A DNA stretch of 64,000 nucleotides from Octopus sinensis. Taxonomy: Eukaryota. The notes under the pieces are model-generated. The model was not told the DNA's origin and did not search any database. It was given only the letters and a program-made list of their open reading frames with translations. The stretch is from NCBI RefSeq assembly GCF_006345805.1, contig NC_043005.1:54250001-54314000 (forward strand), written 5' to 3'. This document shows positions 63,179 through 64,000 of the stretch, in pieces. The position numbers were made by a program, and so were the translations under genes. Position 1 is the first letter of the stretch. Each line of letters starts with the position of its first letter.

Positions 63179-64000
63179 TTACTACACTGTGACGTCTGCA
63201 CATGTTGCATCTTAATTTATTTGGTTTTGCAATACAATCATCAGAATGCATATCAATACAGTTTTTACAAAAATACAGTACACAATTCCATGAGAGAAAC
63301 ACACACACACACACACACTAACTGTGTAGTGAAGAAACTCACTTTGTACCCATGTAGTTTTGGGTTCAATCCTACTGTGCAGCACCTTGAGCAAGTATCT
63401 CCACTATAGCCTTGTGAATGAATTTGGAAACTGAATGGAAGCCCATCATATATATAGAACAGAAACACATTATATATAGTTATACGCATCCAACCCATGC
63501 CAGTATGGAAAACATGTTTAATGATGATGATGATGATGATTAGGAGGAGGAGGAGGATAAATGTGTGTGTGTGTGAGACTCTACCTCAGGGTATGACATC
63601 CAGTATTGGTTTGTTTAAATCCTAGTAACTGAGCAGTTCAGCAAAAGAGAACCAACAGAATAAGTAACTGATTTGAGAAAAGTACTGAGGTCAATTTGTT
63701 TGATGAATAACCCTCAAAGACATTGCACCAGTATGGCCACAGTCCAAAAACCGAAAAAAATGAAAGATATATATTTTGTCAGTCTGAGCAGGATGAATGA
63801 AAATGTCTGACTAGTGCCAGGTTTGAACCCAGGATCATGAAGTTGAATCACTTCATTTCCAGTCATTCTACTACTAGTTTTGCTTTAATAATCCTTTCTA
63901 CTGTAGGCACAAGGCCTGAAATTTGGTGGGAAAGGGCTGAGTCAATTACATTGACTCCAGTATACAAATGGTATTTATTATATCGACCCCAAAAGGATGA

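Overview
AT-rich, microsatellite-saturated animal DNA. The SINE families and (TA)n/(TG)n/(TAA)n/(CAT)n load resemble an octopus or other coleoid cephalopod; this is inference. No host protein-coding exon could be identified with confidence, and almost all ORFs in the supplied track are translated microsatellites. The window is a graveyard of nested mobile elements. These include tRNA-derived SINEs (one with a CORE-like box), RTE LINE body and 3' tails, and three Tc1/mariner types (DD37D maT in a 1.55-kb tandem duplication, a mariner, and a DD34E Tc1). There are also TTAA-flanked piggyBac-type MITEs, Penelope-like RT/GIY-YIG relics, R4/Dong-type LINEs in (TAA)n tracts, an L1/Tx1-type LINE carrying two solo LTRs with intact TSDs, Helentron-like elements and a decayed tRNA-Phe gene. 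The most interesting signal is RNA-structural. About ten type I hammerhead-ribozyme motifs are scattered through the window. One has a fully canonical core (13153-13225) and sits inside a 404-nt unit with a perfect 90-nt terminal redundancy, a retrozyme or Penelope pLTR-like architecture. A duplicated HDV-ribozyme-like pseudoknot lies upstream of the Tx1-like ORF1.
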